From Myxococcales bacterium (GTDB taxonomy: Bacteria; Myxococcota_A; UBA9042; JABWCM01; BTVJ01), in assembly GCA_045863395.1 (NCBI GenBank), contig BTVJ01000001.1, positions 320,001-384,000 on the forward strand: a stretch of DNA of 64,000 bases, read 5' to 3'. Under the pieces are notes generated by a model. It searched no databases and was not told where the DNA came from. It saw nothing but the letters and a program-made list of their open reading frames with translations. This document shows positions 8,399 to 17,834 of this stretch, piece after piece (the stretch's first letter is position 1; each line of letters begins with the position of its first letter). The translations under genes were made by a program, and so were the position numbers.

Positions 8399-10729
8399 TC
8401 ACAGCACCTCCGCGCGCCGCATGCGGAACGGGTCGCTCAGCGCGATCAGGACGAAGAGCTCGCGGAGCCGGTAGCCGCGCTCCTGCCACTGGTCGACCAG
8501 GGCCTCGACCGTGCACTGGTCCGTTGCCTGGAGGCCCCGGCCGAGCGCGTAGGTCAGCGCATGCTCGACCATGCAGCGCGGCACCTCCGGGTACTCCTTG
8601 ACCAGGATGGCCAGCTCGAACGGATCGACGAAGTCCTCGCCCGTGAACAGCGTGCCCGCGGGGTCGATCGGCTCGCCGGCGTCCTCGGTGCGCCACCTGC
8701 CCGTGGCGTCGAAGTTCTCGAGCCCGAAGCCGATGGGGTCCATCAGGGTGTGGCAGCCCGCGCACTTGGGGTCCGTCGTGTGCTGGAGCATGAGCTCCTT
8801 GACGGTCTTCGGGCTCGCGTCCTGCGCGGACTCCACGAGGCCCGTGACGTCGGAGGGCGGCGGCGGCGGCTCCAGGCACATCAGGCGCCCGAGGACCCAC
8901 TTGCCGCGCTTGACTGGCGACGTGCGGTTCGGGTGGGCGTTCACGGTCAGGACGCTCGCCTGGTGGAGCAGGCCGCTGCGCTCGGTGCCCTCCAGGCTCA
9001 CGCGGGTGAAGCCGGGGGCGCCCGTCGGCGCGAGCCCGTAGTGCTCGGCGAGGCGGTCGTTCACGTAGGTGAAGTCGGCGTCGATCATGTCGAGGGCGCT
9101 CTGGTCGGAGTGCAGGAACTCGTCGAAGAAGAGCTCCGTCTCGGCGCGCATCGCCTCGCGCAGCTCGTCGTCGAACGCGGGGAAGAGCTCCGCGTCCTTC
9201 GTCACGCTATCCACGGCGCGGGTGGTGAGCCACTGGCCGGCGAAGTTCAGGGTCAGGGCCTCGGCGCGGGGGTCGTCCATCATGCGGAGCGCCTGGGCCT
9301 CGAGGACCGCCGGGTCCAGGAGCGAGCCGTCCTCGGCGGCCGCGAGCAGCTCCGCGTCCGGCGTGCTGCTCCAGAGCAGGTAGGACAGGCGGGTCGCGAG
9401 CTCCGGCCCGGAGAGCGCGTGCGGGCCGGGGCCCGGGTCGAGCTCCACCCGGTAGATGAAGTGCGGGGAGACCAGCACGCCGGCCAGCGCCACCTCGATG
9501 CCCTCGTCGAAGGTGCCGCCCAGCGCGATGGCCTCCTGGACCACGGCGGCGAGGGGGGCGATCTCATCGGTCAGCGGCTCGCGGCGCCAGGCCCGGCGGG
9601 CGAAGTCGCGAATGATCTGGGTTGCGCAGGGGCCTGTGCCCGCCTTCTGTGGGTCGCACGTGACGATGACGGCGCGGGTCGGGCTCATGACGGGCGCCTT
9701 GGGCTGCCCCTCGACGGCGATCCAGTCGAGCCACAGGTTGCGGTCTCCGCTCTGGTTGTAGTCGTTGATGAAGCCGACCGTGAAGGTGTGCGCCCCCGCG
9801 GCCGCCGTGGTCGCGTGCTCGAAGAGCTGCGGGCTGGCCTTCAGCGCCGTCACGTCGAAGGTAGTGAGCACCTTGCCATCGAGGGCGAACGTCATCTTGG
9901 CGGCCTCGGACCCGGCCTGGTCCTGCCAGGCGAGGGCGGACAGCACCACCGGTCCGTCGGCCGGCAGCGTGACCTTCGCGGTCATGGTGCCGACCGCGTA
10001 GAGGTTCCATGCCGAGCCCTTCGCGGCTCCCGCCGTGGCGCCGAGGTCCTCGGCCTCGAACAGGAACGAGGCCGCCTCGCCAGGGGTGACCTTCAGCGCC
10101 TCGGCGAGCAGGGCCTCGGCAGCGGCGGCGTACTTGTCGACGTGCAGCGGGGAGACGGTCAGCACGTCCGCGATGTTGTCGAAGCCGTAGCCCACGTCGT
10201 CCGCCGGGAAGGCAGCGGCCGGGCCCGTCACGTCGTCGAGCAGGTCGCGGACCGTGTTGTCGTACTCGACGCGGTTGAGCCGGTGGAGCGAGACGTGGCC
10301 CGGATCCACCGTGCCCTGGCACGTGCTCGGAGCGGGAGCCGGGTCGGTCGGGGCGCCGACCGGGTCGGCCGGGTCCGCAGGGCCCGTCTGGTCCCCGTCA
10401 GGCGACTGGCCGTTTCGGGTCCCTGGTGGGAGCTCGGCGGGGACGCGCTCGCCAGCGTCGCCGCCCGGGGCGCCCGGGCCACCGGAGCCGCCGGAGGATC
10501 CGTGGCCATCCGAGGCGCCAGTCGCCCCTCCGCCCGTGGCGGGCCCCGAACCCTCATCGGCCGGCTTGATGGTGATGGAGCCACCATCAACCACGGGGGC
10601 GCCGTCGGTCGGCGCATTGGCGGCTGGGCCACCCTCTCCGAGGGACCGGGGTGCGCGTCCGACAGGCTCGCCAAGGCACCCGGCGAGGGTGGCGGCCGCT
10701 GCGCATACCAACGCGACACGATGGATCAT
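8399..10729 (-). CDS. DUF1587/1595/1592/1588/1585 lipoprotein with inserted carbohydrate-binding-like module
   Basis: Lipobox LAGC, HRLNRVEYDNTVRDL, ELATRLSYLLWSSTPD, TSPVKRGKWVL, CAGCH, DPIGFGLENFD. Insert ends FINDYNQSGDRNLWLDWI. Confidence 0.9.
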   Translation of the reverse strand: MIHRVALVCAAAATLAGCLGEPVGRAPRSLGEGGPAANAPTDGAPVVDGGSITIKPADEGSGPATGGGATGASDGHGSSGGSGGPGAPGGDAGERVPAELPPGTRNGQSPDGDQTGPADPADPVGAPTDPAPAPSTCQGTVDPGHVSLHRLNRVEYDNTVRDLLDDVTGPAAAFPADDVGYGFDNIADVLTVSPLHVDKYAAAAEALLAEALKVTPGEAASFLFEAEDLGATAGAAKGSAWNLYAVGTMTAKVTLPADGPVVLSALAWQDQAGSEAAKMTFALDGKVLTTFDVTALKASPQLFEHATTAAAGAHTFTVGFINDYNQSGDRNLWLDWIAVEGQPKAPVMSPTRAVIVTCDPQKAGTGPCATQIIRDFARRAWRREPLTDEIAPLAAVVQEAIALGGTFDEGIEVALAGVLVSPHFIYRVELDPGPGPHALSGPELATRLSYLLWSSTPDAELLAAAEDGSLLDPAVLEAQALRMMDDPRAEALTLNFAGQWLTTRAVDSVTKDAELFPAFDDELREAMRAETELFFDEFLHSDQSALDMIDADFTYVNDRLAEHYGLAPTGAPGFTRVSLEGTERSGLLHQASVLTVNAHPNRTSPVKRGKWVLGRLMCLEPPPPPSDVTGLVESAQDASPKTVKELMLQHTTDPKCAGCHTLMDPIGFGLENFDATGRWRTEDAGEPIDPAGTLFTGEDFVDPFELAILVKEYPEVPRCMVEHALTYALGRGLQATDQCTVEALVDQWQERGYRLRELFVLIALSDPFRMRRAEVL

Positions 10730-11012
10730 CGTCGACTCTCTTCGAGGTGTGGGGTGAGCGGCAGCTCGTGGCCGCTGAGGACAAGAGACGCCCCCCTGCC
10801 GAGGCGCTCACCGGTGAATCGGCCCTTCGATGTAACCAACGCGGCGTGGCGCGGCGAGGTCTCGGTGTCCCTGCGAAGAGCCCCCCCCCGGGTCACGAGT
10901 CCAGGGCCGCGCAGCGCGCTGTCCGCTGGCGTGGTGGTCGCGCCTGTCTAGGTTCGATGGTGATGCTCCCCGCTCGGGTGACCAATCCCCAGGGTCCGAG
11001 GAGGTTCCGGAC

Positions 11013-11552
11013 ATGAAGTGGAGTCTGCTTGGCACAATCAGGCGGATCCTTGACCCGCCGCCCCGCGAGGAGACTGATGCCCCCCCCCTGAGCGACAGAG
11101 AGCACGCCACGCTCTATGCGCTCCTGGAGGTCGCCGCCGGCGCATCGGACCTGCCGCGCGAGCGCCTTCGCGACCACCTCGCCCGCCAGGTTGCGGCTAC
11201 CCCGGCCCTGCTCGCGGAGTATCGCTCGGCCGCGCGCCTGCTCGATCGGGTCGCGCGGCGCGGACACGGCGAGCGTCCCTTCGCGGCGCTGGACCTTCGC
11301 GCCCGCGACAGCGTGCTGCGGGAGCTCCTGCGGACCTACCCGCACGAGGAGCGAGAGCCAGCGTGGCGCCGCTTGACCCGCCTGACGGGCGACAACCTCG
11401 ACCTGGTGATCGCTCCTCGGGACGCGCGGCGCCTGCGGAACCACGTGCTGCGGGACCTCCTGCGGCTGTACTACTCGAGCACGGCCGGCTGGGCGGTCGT
11501 CAGCTACGACCGGCGACCAGGGCGCGCCAAGCGGCAAGGGGAGCTCCGATGA
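11013..11552 (+). CDS. Gluconate 2-dehydrogenase subunit 3-like accessory protein
   Basis: PFAALDLRARDSVL and YYSSTAGWAVVSY. Stop overlaps the start of the GMC oxidoreductase. Confidence 0.6.
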   Translation: MKWSLLGTIRRILDPPPREETDAPPLSDREHATLYALLEVAAGASDLPRERLRDHLARQVAATPALLAEYRSAARLLDRVARRGHGERPFAALDLRARDSVLRELLRTYPHEEREPAWRRLTRLTGDNLDLVIAPRDARRLRNHVLRDLLRLYYSSTAGWAVVSYDRRPGRAKRQGELR

Positions 11553-13099
11553 TTCGCGCCGGGCAGACCGCCGTGGTCATCGGGTCCGGCCCCGTGGGCG
11601 CCGCCAGCGCCTGGGCGCTCGCGACGGCCGGGGTCCACACCACCGTGCTCGAGGCCGGCCCGCGCCCGCCGGCGGATCGGTTCGCCGTCCTCCAGCGCGC
11701 CGAGAGCGGTGCACCTGCGTGGCCCTCCCCCCGCTACGCCTATGAGTCACAAGGCGACGATCCGTCCATCAACCGACTCACGCTGCGAATGCTCGGGGGA
11801 ACCAGCCTGACGTGGGGCGCCGTCACGCCCCGCTTCCTGCCAGCCGACTTCCGAATGCAGACGCTGTACGGCGTCGCCGAGGACTGGCCTCTGACCTACG
11901 AAGAGCTGGAGCCGTGGTATGTCCGCGCAGAGCGCCTCCTCGGCGTCTCGGGCACCGTCGACAACCCGTGGTCCCCACCGCGCAGCGCTCCCTACCCGAT
12001 GGGACCGTTCGCCATGAGTGAGACGGACCGGCTGGTGCAGGCTGCCGGCGCAAAGGTCGGCGTCCCGTTCCACCACGTCCCTACGGCGCGCAACTCCATC
12101 CCGTACGATGGGCGCCCCGCATGCCAGTCCTTCGCGACGTGCCGCACGTGCCCCATCGGCGGCATGTACAGCGCCGACCAGACGATGAGCCGCATCGAGC
12201 GCCTCCCGCACGTGCGCGTCCTGACGGAGGCAGAGGCGGTCCGCATCGAGACGTCCAGGAGCGACGCCGTCTGCCGCGTCCTCTACCTCGACGCGAGCGA
12301 CCGGACGCATGCCGTCGAGGCCGACGTGGTGGTCGTCGCGACCCAGGCCGTCGAGGCGGTCCGCTTGCTGCTCAACTCTGCGTCGGGCGCCTTCCCACAG
12401 GGGCTCGCCAACCGCAACGGCCAGCTCGGCCGCTGGTTCATGGACCGCCCCAAGTTCTATGTGATGGGCCGCGTCGATCAGCGCCTGAGCCCCTATCGCC
12501 TCGGCTTCGAGACCGCCACCTCGTTGGCGATGCACGACCACCCGGGACGCTCGGAGTATTCCGGCGGCCGCATCCTCGTCCGCGAGAATGCCGGACCGTC
12601 GCCGGCCGACGTCTCCGCCCGCAGCGGGCTGTGGGGCCAGGCCCTGCGCGAAGAGATCGCGGAGCTGTTCGGCCACTGGATCACCCTCGGCTGCTACCTC
12701 GAGCCCCTCCCGCGCGAAGACAACCGCGTGACACTCTCCACGCGCCTGAGGGGCCGCGCTGGTCTCCCTGCGCCACGCGTCGACCTGCGCCTGATGGGGC
12801 CGTATGTCGAGCGCGGCTACCATGAGCTGCGTCGTGTCATGGAGCGGATCCTCGAGGCCGCGGGCGCGCACGATGTCCGCGTCCTGGTGCCGCCGTCCAT
12901 CACCGGCCACTACATGGGTGGCCACCGCATGGGGAGCAATCCCGAGACGTCCACGATCAACTCCTGTCTCCAGGCACACGACGTCCCCGGGCTGTACCTT
13001 GCCACGGCCGGCGCGTTCCCATCGGGGGGCATCAGCAACCCGACGCTCACTACCATCGCGCTCGCGCTTCGCATGGCGGCCTCGATCACGGGCGGCTGA
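11549..13099 (+). CDS. GMC family FAD oxidoreductase
   Basis: VVIGSGPVG...LEAG, LGGTSLTWGA, DWPLTYEELEPWY, CQSFATCRTCPIG, RLLLNS, HYMGGHRMG, NPTLTTIALALR. Confidence 0.92.
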   Translation: MIRAGQTAVVIGSGPVGAASAWALATAGVHTTVLEAGPRPPADRFAVLQRAESGAPAWPSPRYAYESQGDDPSINRLTLRMLGGTSLTWGAVTPRFLPADFRMQTLYGVAEDWPLTYEELEPWYVRAERLLGVSGTVDNPWSPPRSAPYPMGPFAMSETDRLVQAAGAKVGVPFHHVPTARNSIPYDGRPACQSFATCRTCPIGGMYSADQTMSRIERLPHVRVLTEAEAVRIETSRSDAVCRVLYLDASDRTHAVEADVVVVATQAVEAVRLLLNSASGAFPQGLANRNGQLGRWFMDRPKFYVMGRVDQRLSPYRLGFETATSLAMHDHPGRSEYSGGRILVRENAGPSPADVSARSGLWGQALREEIAELFGHWITLGCYLEPLPREDNRVTLSTRLRGRAGLPAPRVDLRLMGPYVERGYHELRRVMERILEAAGAHDVRVLVPPSITGHYMGGHRMGSNPETSTINSCLQAHDVPGLYLATAGAFPSGGISNPTLTTIALALRMAASITGG

Positions 13100-13190
13100 C
13101 GCCTGCGTTGCCTCGCTCTTCGAGCGAAGTCCAAGGGTCCAGGTGCAAGGCGTCACGGAAGCTGGCGGGGGGCTCGGAGGTCGGGCCAGC

Positions 13191-13922
13191 CTACGAAGCG
13201 GCCCTGTCGAGGGCGGCGAGCAGGGAGACGACGCTGCGCTCGCCCTGCTCGACGATGCGGCGGCCCGCCTCGAACGCGGCGCCCTCGTCGCCGCGGCGGA
13301 TCGCCTCGACCAGCGCCTCGTAGGCGGGGAGGTCGCGGAGCTCGGCCGCCAGCGGCTGCTCGAGCACGCTCCAGATGCGCGCGTAGGCGGCGCGCATGGT
13401 GTTGAAGGCGAGCTGGTAGGCGACGTTGTCCGCGCCCTCCACCACGACCTCCCAGAGCGCGATGCCGAGCTGCTGGAGCGCCGGGAGGTCGCCCTGCGCG
13501 GCCTTCATCCGCTGAAGCAGCGGGTCGAGGCGGGCAGCCGTGACGGAGCCCCCGCGCGCCGCGCACCGGCGGGCGATGTCGGGCGCCAGGGCGGTGCGCA
13601 TCTCCATGACCCCGCGCGCCACCTTTGCGCTGAGGGCGCCGCCCGGGCCGACCAAGAGCTCGGAGAGCAGATCCATGCCCGCCGTGCGCGCGAAGTCGAG
13701 CACCCGCGTGGCTCCGCCCTGCTGGATGGCCACGAGGCGAGCCTGCTCCAGCCGCTTGAGCGCCTCCCGCACCGCGCTGCGGTTGACCCCGAGCACCAGG
13801 GAGAGGGTCCGCTCGGCAGGCAGGGTCGCCCCTGGCTCCAGGGCGCCGCTGACGATCTGCTCCCGGAGCTGCTCGAACACGCCTTGAGACAACGAGGTGC
13901 GCACGACGGGCCGCAGGGTCAT
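13191..13922 (-). CDS. GntR/FadR family transcriptional regulator
   Basis: LPAERTLSLVLGVNRSAVREALKRLEQARLV...QGGATRVLDF HTH plus FCD-like C-terminus. Confidence 0.92.
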   Translation of the reverse strand: MTLRPVVRTSLSQGVFEQLREQIVSGALEPGATLPAERTLSLVLGVNRSAVREALKRLEQARLVAIQQGGATRVLDFARTAGMDLLSELLVGPGGALSAKVARGVMEMRTALAPDIARRCAARGGSVTAARLDPLLQRMKAAQGDLPALQQLGIALWEVVVEGADNVAYQLAFNTMRAAYARIWSVLEQPLAAELRDLPAYEALVEAIRRGDEGAAFEAGRRIVEQGERSVVSLLAALDRAAS

Positions 13923-14620
13923 GCGGGCACCTCGCGGCCCGCGCCCAGGTCACCTTCGTAGCCCAGGGTGCGGCAGGTGGGGGAGAGTGGGGTCGCCTGT
14001 GGGGCAGGCGAAGTGCCCAGCAGGCGGTCGCCCGAGAGCATGGTCACGCCGTACCAGTACCGCTCGTTCTTGCAGTGGTGGAGGCGGTGGCTGTGCCACA
14101 GGCGCCGCAGCCAGGCGCCCCGAGGCTTGTAGCGGGTGTGCACGATGAAGTGGATCCACTCGTAGTGGGTCGCGAGCAGCAGGTAGAAGGCGATGCCCGT
14201 GAAGGCGAGCGTCGGGGGCAGGAGGACGTTCCAGATGAGGAGCTGGAACGGCACGCCGCCGATGACGATGTGCAGCGGGATGAACGCCTTGTCGATGCGC
14301 CACGGGTCGCGGTGGTGGGCGCGGTGGGCGCGGGCGACGGGCAGGTCGAGCGTGCGCCCGAGCAGGCGGCGCGGCCGGAAGTGCAGGAACACCACGTGGA
14401 AGACCCACTCCTGGGTGGGCCACAGCGCGAGGATCGCCGCGGGGATCACCAGGTCCCAGTAGGTGAAGGCGCCGAGCCACAGCCGCACGGCCAGCGCGGC
14501 GAGGGCCGAGACGCCCAGGATCCAGGGCGTCGGGTAGCGCAGGAACACACGCACCGCTCCGCGCAGGGTCACCGTCTCCGCCTGGTCGCGCTTGTTGCGC
14601 GACTCGCGCTCATCCGCCAT
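13919..14620 (-). CDS. Sterol desaturase / fatty acid hydroxylase family protein
   Basis: His boxes EWVFHVVFLH, HRAHH, YEWIHFIVH, HRLHH; TM helices. Start MADERE at 14620. Confidence 0.9.
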   Translation of the reverse strand: MADERESRNKRDQAETVTLRGAVRVFLRYPTPWILGVSALAALAVRLWLGAFTYWDLVIPAAILALWPTQEWVFHVVFLHFRPRRLLGRTLDLPVARAHRAHHRDPWRIDKAFIPLHIVIGGVPFQLLIWNVLLPPTLAFTGIAFYLLLATHYEWIHFIVHTRYKPRGAWLRRLWHSHRLHHCKNERYWYGVTMLSGDRLLGTSPAPQATPLSPTCRTLGYEGDLGAGREVPA

Positions 14621-14653
14621 CGTCGCCTCCCGGGTGTGCTTCCGACAACGGGG

Positions 14654-14697
14654 AGCATGCCAGCAGCTCGTCCGCTGGTCAACTGGTCGGACCAGTT
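14654..14697 (-). promoter_or_regulatory. FadR-type operator AACTGGTC-G-GACCAGTT (14681-14697) overlapping a sigma70-like promoter
   Basis: Perfect 17-bp palindrome. Minus strand TTGACC(14682-14677)-N17-CATGCT(14659-14654) lies upstream of the hydroxylase-gntR operon. Confidence 0.85.
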
Positions 14698-14800
14698 TCT
14701 TCGGCTCAGCTCGTGCCGGCGAGTCTCTCGGGACCCTGGACACCTTGGCAGCTCGGCGGGGGAGGTGGGTCCGCGCAGCCTGCCTGGCGTCGTCCGCGGG

Positions 14801-15901
14801 TCAGGGGGGGGAGGCGTCGCCCAGGAGGGCGGCACGGACGGCGAGCGCGCACCCGAGGAGGGCTCCCGTCCGCCCCGCGAACAGAGGAGGGGGCGTGGGG
14901 AGGCCGCGCGCCGCCACCAGGGCCACCAGATCGCCGGCGGGCGCTCGCGTGGCGTTGCACCACGCAGCCTTGAGCAGCACGGCGTCGGGTTGGGCTCCGA
15001 GGGCCTGCAGGGTGCGGCTGCTCCACGCGCAGAGCTGCTCACCCGGACGCAGGAAGGCTCGCCACCGCTGCCGGAGCAGCTCCTCGGGGATCGCGGCCGC
15101 GCGGTGCGCTTCGCTGAGGCCGAGGTGGGCCAGCTTCGTGTCCGCAGTCCTGGCAGGACACCCCACGGCCTCGAAGCGCTCGCCGGTCGCGACGCGCACG
15201 GCGCACAGATGCACGATGCGCCGCGCGTCGGGCGGGCCAGCGGTCTCCGCGTGGACCACGACGTCGCCCAGGGCGACGGGTGGGCGCGCCCTGGTCACGG
15301 CCCGCGCGCGTCGGACGGCCCGCTGCCGGGCGCGGTCGATCTGGTAGTCCACCATGGCGCCGAAGGAGCACAGCAGCGTGGTGAGCCCCGGCGTGTCGGG
15401 CTCGATGAGCGACAGCGCCGCGACGATGGCCTCGACGGTCGAGAGGTAGTGGCGGCGTGGCTCCGCTCGGATGCGATAGGCGCTCGGCGTCGGGTCGGCG
15501 AGCACGACGTGCGGCAGCGCGTCGAGCCACGGGTTGCTGCGGTGGAGCGTGCGCGCCTGGTGCCACGTGCCGTCGAGGACGATCAGGGCGCGGGGGAGCT
15601 CCGTCAGGGGCAACGTCTCCAGGGGGCGGGCGCCCTCGCTCGGGTACAGGACCGCCGCGCCGGGGGGCGGCGCGGCTGCCAGGCGGGACGGCGCGCCGGA
15701 CCATGGCGCGTTGACCTCCACCGTGCAGCGCTCGAGCCCGAGGCGCACGAGGCGCACCGTCCCGATGGCGCAGCGCGCCTCGCGCGGGTGCTGGATGACA
15801 TGCACGGGGGTGCGGTTGGGCACCCGCGGCAGGGAGGCGCACACACAAGCTCCCAGGGCCTTGTGGCAGCGGTAGCAGAACTCCCTTGGCGCCTCGCTCA
15901 T
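14801..15901 (-). CDS. DTW-domain tRNA-uridine aminocarboxypropyltransferase (TapT-like) with C-terminal extension
   Basis: CYRCHK...CVC zinc knuckle, IQHPRE, LYP, LIVLDGTWHQA, YRIRAEP, LSTVEA. Confidence 0.88.
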   Translation of the reverse strand: MSEAPREFCYRCHKALGACVCASLPRVPNRTPVHVIQHPREARCAIGTVRLVRLGLERCTVEVNAPWSGAPSRLAAAPPPGAAVLYPSEGARPLETLPLTELPRALIVLDGTWHQARTLHRSNPWLDALPHVVLADPTPSAYRIRAEPRRHYLSTVEAIVAALSLIEPDTPGLTTLLCSFGAMVDYQIDRARQRAVRRARAVTRARPPVALGDVVVHAETAGPPDARRIVHLCAVRVATGERFEAVGCPARTADTKLAHLGLSEAHRAAAIPEELLRQRWRAFLRPGEQLCAWSSRTLQALGAQPDAVLLKAAWCNATRAPAGDLVALVAARGLPTPPPLFAGRTGALLGCALAVRAALLGDASPP

Positions 15902-16066
15902 CGGCTCTCCTCGGCGGCGCCACCCTACACCGGCGCGCCGCACGGGGTCCACCCGGCGTCGCACTGGCACCGGCGGCCCCCACGGAGGGGGAAGCGTCGT
16001 GCAGTTGCGGTGGCGGCGGGGCTGTCCTATGGTCACGAACGATCTCACCAACAGGAGGCAGGACCC

Positions 16067-17806
16067 ATGCGGTTTGACAGAGTCTGGATCGGGGTGCTCG
16101 CGCTGGCGCTTGCTGCGTGCGCCGACGAGGCGGTGACCGGGGCGAGCGGGGACGCGGACGCGGACGCGACGCCCGCAGGCGACGCGGGGGGCATCGGGGA
16201 GGCGGACGTCACGGGGCCCGACGCGGGGGACGTGAAGGGCCCGGCGTGCGGAAAGGACGGGGATCCGTGCGAGGACGGAGACCCCTGCACGGTGGGCGAC
16301 ACGTGCAGCGACGACGTGTGCGTGGCCGGCGCACCCATGGCCTGCGACGACGGGCTCGCGTGCACGACCGAGGCCTGCGTCGGCGGCGCGTGCGTCGCGA
16401 CGCCCACCGCGGGAACGTGCGCCATCGGGGGCGCGTGCTACGCCGACGGGGACGCGGATCCGCAGAACCCGTGCGCCGCCTGCGACGCGGGGGCCAACGC
16501 CTGGGCGCCGGTGGCCGACGGGGCGGCGTGCGGCGGGTGCGGCGCGACGTGCGAGGCGGGGGTGTGCGTCGGGGAGACCTGCGACGACGGCAACCCGTGC
16601 ACCGATGACGCGTGCGAGGACGGCGCCTGCGTCCACACCGACAATGAGGCGACGTGCGACGACGGAGACGCTTGCACGACGGGCGATGTCTGCGGCGGCG
16701 GCGCGTGCGCGGGGACGGCGGCCGGGTGTACCACCGACGCGGACTGCGCCGGTCAGTTCGACGCGTGCCACGAGGCCTACCGGTGCGAGGCGTGCGCCTG
16801 CGTGCCCGACCCGGCGTCCCCTGTGCCGCCGCCGCCTTCCCTGCCGGAGCCGTGCCAGGCGTGGAGCTGCGATCCGCAGGCTGGCTGGGTCCAGGGGCCC
16901 GCACCGGACGGCGAGGCCTGCGACGACGGCGACGTGTGCACCGAGGCGGACGCCTGCGCCGCAGGCGACTGCGCCGGGTCCGCGGTCGTGTGCGACCAGG
17001 GCCCGCTCTGCGGCGTCGCGGCCTGTGAGGCGGGCGTCGGGTGCGTGGCGGACACGGCGCCCGAGTGCGACGGCTGCCCGGTGCAGCGCCTGACGACCAT
17101 CCAGTTCGCGAGCGGCCCCGGAGCTGCGCTCGACGTGACCGGCGACGGCGTCCCCGACAACGCGTTCGGACCGGCGGCGGGGCTGCTCAACGGCCCGCTG
17201 GCGGCGGACGTGGAGGCGGGGACCTTCACATGGCTGGCGCAGCACGCGGGGCTCGTGGGGGACGGGAGCACCTACACGCTGACGATCCACCACGGCGACC
17301 CCGAGGACGGCTGCGACCCCGCGGTGGCGAGCTGCAGCTACGTGGTGCGCGAGATCAGCTTCACGGAGTCGTGCACGCCCAAGTTCACCTTCACGGACGC
17401 GACGGTGGACGGCAGCCACGTCAGCGCGGGCGGCGCCGGCACCACGGTGGTGGCGCGCTTCACGATGATCCCCAACGTCATCGTGGAGTACACGCTGCAT
17501 GACGTGCGCATCGAGGCCGACTTGGCGGTCGCGCCTGGGGAGGGGGTCGACGTGCTGGGCGGGACCATCGGGGGCGTGGTGCCCATGGCCGACATCGTGG
17601 CGTCCATCGAGGCGGTGCCGGACGCCCAGCTCCCCTTCCCCAAGGAGGCGCTGCTGGGGATGCTCGCGGCCAGCGTGATCCCCGACGTGGACTTGGACGG
17701 CGACGGTGTGGCCGACGGCGTGAGCTTCGCGCTGCTCATCGAGGGCGCGCCGTCGGCCATCACCGGGGTGGCGGGGGACGTGTGCCCGGTGTGCTGGACT
17801 CCGTAG
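16067..17806 (+). CDS. Cysteine-rich repeat surface lipoprotein
   Basis: AGGAGG RBS, lipobox LAAC, repeated CDDGxxCTxxxC units, C-terminal domain with DVTGDG and DLDGDG loops. Confidence 0.8.
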   Translation: MRFDRVWIGVLALALAACADEAVTGASGDADADATPAGDAGGIGEADVTGPDAGDVKGPACGKDGDPCEDGDPCTVGDTCSDDVCVAGAPMACDDGLACTTEACVGGACVATPTAGTCAIGGACYADGDADPQNPCAACDAGANAWAPVADGAACGGCGATCEAGVCVGETCDDGNPCTDDACEDGACVHTDNEATCDDGDACTTGDVCGGGACAGTAAGCTTDADCAGQFDACHEAYRCEACACVPDPASPVPPPPSLPEPCQAWSCDPQAGWVQGPAPDGEACDDGDVCTEADACAAGDCAGSAVVCDQGPLCGVAACEAGVGCVADTAPECDGCPVQRLTTIQFASGPGAALDVTGDGVPDNAFGPAAGLLNGPLAADVEAGTFTWLAQHAGLVGDGSTYTLTIHHGDPEDGCDPAVASCSYVVREISFTESCTPKFTFTDATVDGSHVSAGGAGTTVVARFTMIPNVIVEYTLHDVRIEADLAVAPGEGVDVLGGTIGGVVPMADIVASIEAVPDAQLPFPKEALLGMLAASVIPDVDLDGDGVADGVSFALLIEGAPSAITGVAGDVCPVCWTP

Positions 17807-17834
17807 AGACGCGGCGTCAGGCTTCCCTCCGCTC

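Noticed and set aside
14075..17806. Giant 1243-aa, 899-aa, 1135-aa and 923-aa ORF-track calls as fusion proteins
   Set aside because: Only the C-terminal parts are real. Proper starts with RBS or signal peptide lie at 16067, 15901, 53888 and 49084.
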